From an uncultured delta proteobacterium (GTDB taxonomy: Bacteria > Desulfobacterota > Syntrophorhabdia > Syntrophorhabdales > WCHB1-27), in assembly GCA_963810935.1 (NCBI GenBank), contig CAWEPK010000007.1:1-64000 (forward strand): a DNA stretch of 64,000 nucleotides. Direction: 5' to 3'. Positions 59,024 to 64,000 of this stretch are shown piece after piece. Each line of letters starts with the position of its first letter. Position 1 is the stretch's first letter. The position numbers and the translations under genes are program-made. The notes below the pieces were generated by a model that saw only the letters and a program-made list of their open reading frames with translations, was not told the DNA's origin and did not search any database.

Positions 59024-62000
59024 CTATCCGCTCCCTTCGGGTGCTGCGCCGGGTCCGGTCGGCGGGGTTTCCCGGCCAGGGCCCGCCCCCGCCTTGCCCG
59101 CAGCGGGCGAGACCGCTTTCTTCTTTGCCTTCGACCTCTCGGCGAGCGTCTCGAATAGGTAGAAGAAGAGCGGCACATAGAGCATGGCGAGCGTCGTCTC
59201 GCCGATCATGCCGCCGATGATGCCTGTGCCTATCGAGTGGCGCGCGTTCGCTCCTGCGCCCATTGCCAGGGCCAGGGGCATCACGCCGAAAATGAAGGCA
59301 AGCGATGTCATGATGATCGGGCGCAGGCGCTCCTCGCCGGCCTGCTTGGTCGCCTCCATGACGGAAAGCCCCTGCTTGCGCAGGTCTACCGCGAAGGAGA
59401 CGCGGAGCACGGCGTTCTTCGCGCCGAGGCCGATCAGCACAAGGAGCCCTATCTGGAAGTAGACGTCGTTGTCCAGGCCGCGCATCCAGTTGAAAACGAG
59501 GGCGCCGAGGATGCCGAAGGGTACCGCAGTAAGCACGGAGCCGGGCAGTATCCACGACTCGAACTGCGCGGCCAGCACGAGAAAGACGATGATGATGCCG
59601 AAGATGAAGGCGTTCGCCGAGGTGCCGCCCGATTTCTTCTCTTCGTAAGCCATGCCCGACCAGGCGAAGCCGTAGCCCGAAGGCAGCGTTTCTTTTGCGA
59701 CTTCTTCCATCGCACGCAATGCCGTCCCGGAGCTTTTACCCTGCGCGGGGCCGCCGGTAATGCAGGCTGCGGGGAAGCCGTTGAAGTGCGGCTCAAGCTC
59801 AGGGCCCGTCGCGTATTTCGTCCTGACCAGGGCGGACAGCGGTACCATGTTGCCGGTCTCCGAGCGTGTGTAAAGCCGCGTGATGTCGGAGGGGCTCCGT
59901 CTGTAGGGGGCGTCCGACTGGAGGATGACGTTCCAGACGCGGCTGTACTGGTTGAACTGGCTTACCTGCATGGAGCCGAACTGCGCCTGCAATGCGCTGT
60001 AAACGTCCGGTACCGGGACGCCGAGCAGCACGGCCTTGGCACGGTCGACCTCGGCCCGCAACTGGCGGGAGGCGGCGCGGTACGTAGTGTTCAGCTCGGT
60101 CAGCTCCGGCCGCGTGCGCGCCTTCGCAAGGAACTTCTGCGTGACGTCGGCGAGCCGCTGCGGGTCGCCCGAGCCCTTATCCTGGATCCAGAACTCGAAG
60201 CCCCCGGTCGTGCCGATGCCCGGTATGGCGGGGGGCTCGATCGGTATGAAAAGCCCCTTGTCGAAGCGGCGGGCCTTCAGCGCAACGTCAGTCAGCACTG
60301 TCTCCACGTTCTGCTCCAGCGCTTTCTTCTTGCTCGCGTAGCGCTGATCGACAGGCTTGAACGTCACGAAGAATGTGGACGCGCTGGGCTTATACTGGCT
60401 GTCGAGGAGGCTGTATCCGCTGATGACCGTCCTGTTCTCTATCGCCGGGTTGTCCGCGAAGAGCTTGTCTATCTGCGCCGCGGCCTCGGAGGTGCGGTTG
60501 AGGGACGCCGAGTCGGGCATGATGAGCTGGCCCATCACGTACCCCTGGTCCTCGGGCGGCACGAAGGCCGTCGGTATCGTGTGGAAGAGATAGAGCAGGG
60601 CGTAAACGAAAAACCCGAGGAGTACGAAGGCGATGACTACGCGCTTTATCATGAGGGAGACAGCCTCGCCGAACCATACGGTGAAGCCGGCGAACCCCCG
60701 GTTGAACCAGTCGAAGAAGCGGTTTATCCAGCCGAATATACCTTTGCGGGAGGGAGCTTTCGGCTTCAGGAGGACCGCGCACATCGCCGGACTTAAGGTA
60801 AGCGCAGTAAAGCCGGAGATGGCGACGGAGACGACGATGGTGATGGCGAACTGCTTGTAAAGCTGGCCGGTCGTGCCCGGCAGGAAGGCGGCGGGGACGA
60901 AGACCGAGGCCATGACAAGCACTACGGCGATCAGCGAGCCGCCGATCTCTTCCATCGCCTTTATCGTCGCCTCTTTAGGCGCCAGGCCCTTCTTCTCCAT
61001 GTTCCGCTCTACGTTTTCGACGACGACAATGGCGTCGTCAACGACCATGCCTATGGCGAGGACTATCCCGAATAGCGTCAAGAGGTTCAGGGAGAAGCCG
61101 AGGGCGAGCATGCCCGCGAAGGTGCCGACGAGGGAGACGACAATGGCCGCGACGCAAATGATCGTCGAGCGGAAGCTCTGCAGGAAGAAGTAGACGACGA
61201 GGATGACGAGCAGCACCGCCTCGAAGAGCGTGTGTATGACTTCCTTGACGGAGATCCGCACGAAGTCCGTAGTGTCGAGGGCTACCACGTACTCGATCCC
61301 TTCAGGCATAGAGGGCTTGAGCTGCTCCAGGGCTTTGCGGACCGCATCCGATACCTCGAGGCCGTTCGAGCCTGCCTGCTGGTAGATCATGATGGGCGTC
61401 GCGGGGAAGCCGTTGAGCCTTGAATCCTCTACGTACTGCCTGCGTCCTATCTCCGCGCGCGCCACGTCCTTGAGGTGCACCAGGGCGCTGCCGTCGGGCC
61501 TTGCCCGCAGGATGATCTGCTCGTATTCGGACGGCTTGACGAACGGTCCTTGCGTCACGACGGGGAAGGTCATCTGCAGGTCGGGGGCGCCCGGCTGCTG
61601 GCCCACCTGGCCTGCGCCGAAAAGGGCGTTCTGCCCGGCAACGGCCTGTTGTATATCGGTCGTCGTGATGTGCAGGGCGGCCATCTGGTCGGGGTTCATC
61701 CAGATGCGCATCGCTTGGTCGGCCGCGCCTATCACGTCCGCCTGGCCGGCCCCCTTGACCCTCTTGATCGCGTCGAGGACGAAGACGTTGGCGTAATTAT
61801 TGACATACTCCGGGCTGTACCTGCCGTCCTTGTTGAATATGGAGATTATCATCAGGGGGCAGGCGGACCTCTTCTGCACGGAGACGCCGTACTGCACTAC
61901 GCTCTGCGGCAGCATCGGCATGGCGAGGTTGACGCGGTTCTGCACGGCCACCTGCGCGATGTCGGGGTCCGTGTTGAGCGCGAAGTAAACCGTGATCGAC

Positions 62001-62266
62001 ATCTGGCCGGTGTTGGAGCTGGTCGAGTTCATGTAAAGCATGTTCTCGACGCCGTTGATCTGCGCCTCGATGGGGGAGGCGACGGAATCGCCCACGGTCT
62101 TGGCGTCCGCACCAGGGTAGACTGCCGAGACGGAAATCTCCACGGGCGTGATCGTCGGGTACATCGAGACGGGGAGGGCATTCATCGCCACGAGGCCCGC
62201 GATCACGATGACGAGGGATATGACGGTCGCGAAGATGGGCCGCTCTATGAAAAACCTGGAGAACAT
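59024..62266 (-). CDS. RND efflux permease (HAE1/AcrB family)
   Basis: FFIERPIFA, YPGA, IGMVVDDAIVVVENVER, AKNAVL, RLRPIIMTS. Confidence 0.95.
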   Translation of the reverse strand: MFSRFFIERPIFATVISLVIVIAGLVAMNALPVSMYPTITPVEISVSAVYPGADAKTVGDSVASPIEAQINGVENMLYMNSTSSNTGQMSITVYFALNTDPDIAQVAVQNRVNLAMPMLPQSVVQYGVSVQKRSACPLMIISIFNKDGRYSPEYVNNYANVFVLDAIKRVKGAGQADVIGAADQAMRIWMNPDQMAALHITTTDIQQAVAGQNALFGAGQVGQQPGAPDLQMTFPVVTQGPFVKPSEYEQIILRARPDGSALVHLKDVARAEIGRRQYVEDSRLNGFPATPIMIYQQAGSNGLEVSDAVRKALEQLKPSMPEGIEYVVALDTTDFVRISVKEVIHTLFEAVLLVILVVYFFLQSFRSTIICVAAIVVSLVGTFAGMLALGFSLNLLTLFGIVLAIGMVVDDAIVVVENVERNMEKKGLAPKEATIKAMEEIGGSLIAVVLVMASVFVPAAFLPGTTGQLYKQFAITIVVSVAISGFTALTLSPAMCAVLLKPKAPSRKGIFGWINRFFDWFNRGFAGFTVWFGEAVSLMIKRVVIAFVLLGFFVYALLYLFHTIPTAFVPPEDQGYVMGQLIMPDSASLNRTSEAAAQIDKLFADNPAIENRTVISGYSLLDSQYKPSASTFFVTFKPVDQRYASKKKALEQNVETVLTDVALKARRFDKGLFIPIEPPAIPGIGTTGGFEFWIQDKGSGDPQRLADVTQKFLAKARTRPELTELNTTYRAASRQLRAEVDRAKAVLLGVPVPDVYSALQAQFGSMQVSQFNQYSRVWNVILQSDAPYRRSPSDITRLYTRSETGNMVPLSALVRTKYATGPELEPHFNGFPAACITGGPAQGKSSGTALRAMEEVAKETLPSGYGFAWSGMAYEEKKSGGTSANAFIFGIIIVFLVLAAQFESWILPGSVLTAVPFGILGALVFNWMRGLDNDVYFQIGLLVLIGLGAKNAVLRVSFAVDLRKQGLSVMEATKQAGEERLRPIIMTSLAFIFGVMPLALAMGAGANARHSIGTGIIGGMIGETTLAMLYVPLFFYLFETLAERSKAKKKAVSPAAGKAGAGPGRETPPTGPGAAPEGSG

Positions 62267-62287
62267 GCGGTCTTCTTGAGGCCTCCC

Positions 62288-63550
62288 TTATTTCGCGGGC
62301 GCGGAAGGCTCGCCCTTTCGGCCGGGCGCGCCCTCAGGGTGCGGCGGCCGTGCGGCGCCCGGCTTTGCGCCGCTCGACGGCGGGGTCAGCCAGGTCTTTA
62401 CTGTCGCCGGGTCGCCCGCCGCAAGGGTCAGGCCGCCGTCCACCACGACGGTGTCGCCCGCATTCAGGCCGGTGGAGACGAACCAGTCGTTGCCTATCCA
62501 GTCGCCCACGGTCACCGGCCTCGGCTCGGCCGTGCCCTGCTTGTCGATGGTCCAGACGAAGTGGCCCTTCGCCCCCTGCTGCACGGCGCGCTGCGGCACC
62601 GCGATGGCGTTAGGCCGCACGAGGCCCATCACACATGCCCGGACGAACTGGCCCGGATGCAGCTTGGCGTTGGGGTTCGGCACGGTGGCGCGCAGGAGGA
62701 AAGTGCCCGTCTGCTGGCTGAACTCTGCGTCCGCGAAGGTAATGTGCCCTCTGTGCGGGTAGACCGAGCCGTCGGCCAGTATGATCTCCACTTCGTATTC
62801 TTTCGGCCGGCGGACCGTCCCTGAGTCCGTCTCCTGCGTCCAACGCAGTATGTCGTTCTCGGAGATGCTGAAGGTGACCCACATGGGGCTGATCTGGACG
62901 ACGTACGTGAGGAGGCTGTTCATCGGGTTGACGTAGGAGCCTTCCTGCACGCGCGCGTAGCTCGATAGTCCGGTCAGGGGGGCGTTGATTTTGGTGTAGC
63001 CCAGGTTGAGGTTCGTCTGCTCGACCTCGGCCTTCGCCGATACGACGGCCGCTGCCGCTGCCTGCTGCTGGCCCGTGGCGTCATCGAGGTCTTTCTGGGA
63101 GAGGGCGTTCTGCTCGACCAGGGGCTTCACGCGCCGCAACTCCGCCTCCGCAGTGCGCAGGCGCGCCTCCTGCTGGCTAAGGGCGCCCACGGCAGCGTTT
63201 AACCGCGCCTCGAAGGGCTTGGGGTCCATGAGGAACATCGTCTGCCCTTTTTGGACGACGCTGCCTTCCGTGTACATGCGCTTATCGAGAAAGCCGTCAA
63301 CACGGGCCCTGATCTCGACCGTGTGCGAGCCCTGCGTCTGGCCGACGAATTCAAAGACTATCGGCGTGTCTTTCGCTTCCACCTTGATCGCGGTCACCTG
63401 CGCAGGCGCGTGTCGCGGCGGCGCCGGCGCTTTGCCGCACCCCGCCGCTGCCAGGCAAAGGGAGAGGCAGGCGAAGGACGAAAGGAAAACGGCCCGTGAA
63501 GGGCGCAGCAGGAAGGCTGGGCGAATAAATGCCTGGCCCGAATCGCTCAT
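62288..63550 (-). CDS. RND periplasmic adaptor (membrane fusion lipoprotein)
   Basis: AAGC lipobox-like, VEIRARVDG, YTKINAP, PGQFVR, VPQRAV. Confidence 0.93.
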   Translation of the reverse strand: MSDSGQAFIRPAFLLRPSRAVFLSSFACLSLCLAAAGCGKAPAPPRHAPAQVTAIKVEAKDTPIVFEFVGQTQGSHTVEIRARVDGFLDKRMYTEGSVVQKGQTMFLMDPKPFEARLNAAVGALSQQEARLRTAEAELRRVKPLVEQNALSQKDLDDATGQQQAAAAAVVSAKAEVEQTNLNLGYTKINAPLTGLSSYARVQEGSYVNPMNSLLTYVVQISPMWVTFSISENDILRWTQETDSGTVRRPKEYEVEIILADGSVYPHRGHITFADAEFSQQTGTFLLRATVPNPNAKLHPGQFVRACVMGLVRPNAIAVPQRAVQQGAKGHFVWTIDKQGTAEPRPVTVGDWIGNDWFVSTGLNAGDTVVVDGGLTLAAGDPATVKTWLTPPSSGAKPGAARPPHPEGAPGRKGEPSAPAK

Positions 63551-63878
63551 GTTCGGTTCCTCCTGGCCGTTTCTAAAAAAGTGGGCCTAACGGACTCGAC
63601 GGCCGTATCACACCGGTTAGGTGCGGACATAATCTATTCGGGAAAAGCCGGATTGTCCGCCCGAACTTCCATTTTCTCCCCGCAGCGCCCGTGAAAAAGA
63701 CTGACGGGCGTCGATTAGCGCGACAAACAAGGACAAATGCGCCCATGCGTGATTATCGGCCGCCCGGACTGTTTGCTTAACGATAGTGGACAGGGCGGGG
63801 TTCTATTGGGGCCTTCCACGTCGTTTTTGCTAGGCGCGGCTCGTCACGTTGCCACCTGCCCGACCGCCCGGTGTGAAT

Positions 63879-63932
63879 CGGCGGGAGTAGGATTCGAACC
63901 CACGGGGCGCGTTCTCCCTGCTCGGTTTCCGG
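63879..63932 (-). other. tRNA-like 3' half (tRNA-Ser-like remnant)
   Basis: Minus strand GGA-AA-CCGAG, long variable arm, T-arm GTGGG-TTCGAAT-CCTAC, TCCCGCC-G. No convincing D-arm, anticodon 5' strand or full acceptor partner in the window. Confidence 0.5.
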
Positions 63933-64000
63933 TCAGCAGCATAACGGAAGCAAAACGGCTCCGTCCGCCCCCTACTCGGTAGCGCCTGTGCGTTAATCCG

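Noticed and set aside
59237..62824. Long opposite-strand ORFs (also 7483-9399, 50279-51712 and many others)
   Set aside because: Antisense shadows of GC-rich genes, with no recognisable motifs or RBS.

Overview
A GC-rich bacterial window. Its gene content points to an anaerobic Desulfobacterota/deltaproteobacterium, possibly Syntrophorhabdus-like (inference only). Left to right it carries: a partial RNB-family ribonuclease; a NifA-type sigma54 activator; a three-gene PAS kinase/receiver/hybrid kinase operon; a TetR-linked acyl-CoA ligase and dehydrogenase; a CFI-box-anchored papain-like protease; two MFS transporters; an IS110-family (IS1111-type) element; two secreted ankyrin proteins; a gamma-glutamyltransferase; gpmA; hsp20; a toxin-antitoxin/GIY-YIG islet; a four-subunit 2-oxoacid:ferredoxin oxidoreductase; a dual-OB + 2x DUF488 operon; a 13.5-kb IclR/TRAP/CoA-ligase/OYE/Mo-enzyme catabolic cluster; an RND efflux operon; and a tRNA-like 3' fragment. 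Four observations stand out. (1) The IS110 element's ends, AG core, circle-junction promoter and candidate target- and donor-guide loops of its bridge/seek RNA can be read from the sequence. (2) The catabolic cluster is bracketed by a diverged 159-bp direct repeat of the cyclase gene 3' end and looks like an uncharacterised anaerobic aromatic-acid pathway. (3) The AT-richer dual-OB/DUF488/DUF488 operon is a candidate defence system. (4) Six of seven apparent frameshifts sit on AG-N-CT, suggesting sequencing errors at a methylated AGCT motif rather than real pseudogenes. All family calls come from motif recognition by eye; no searches were run.
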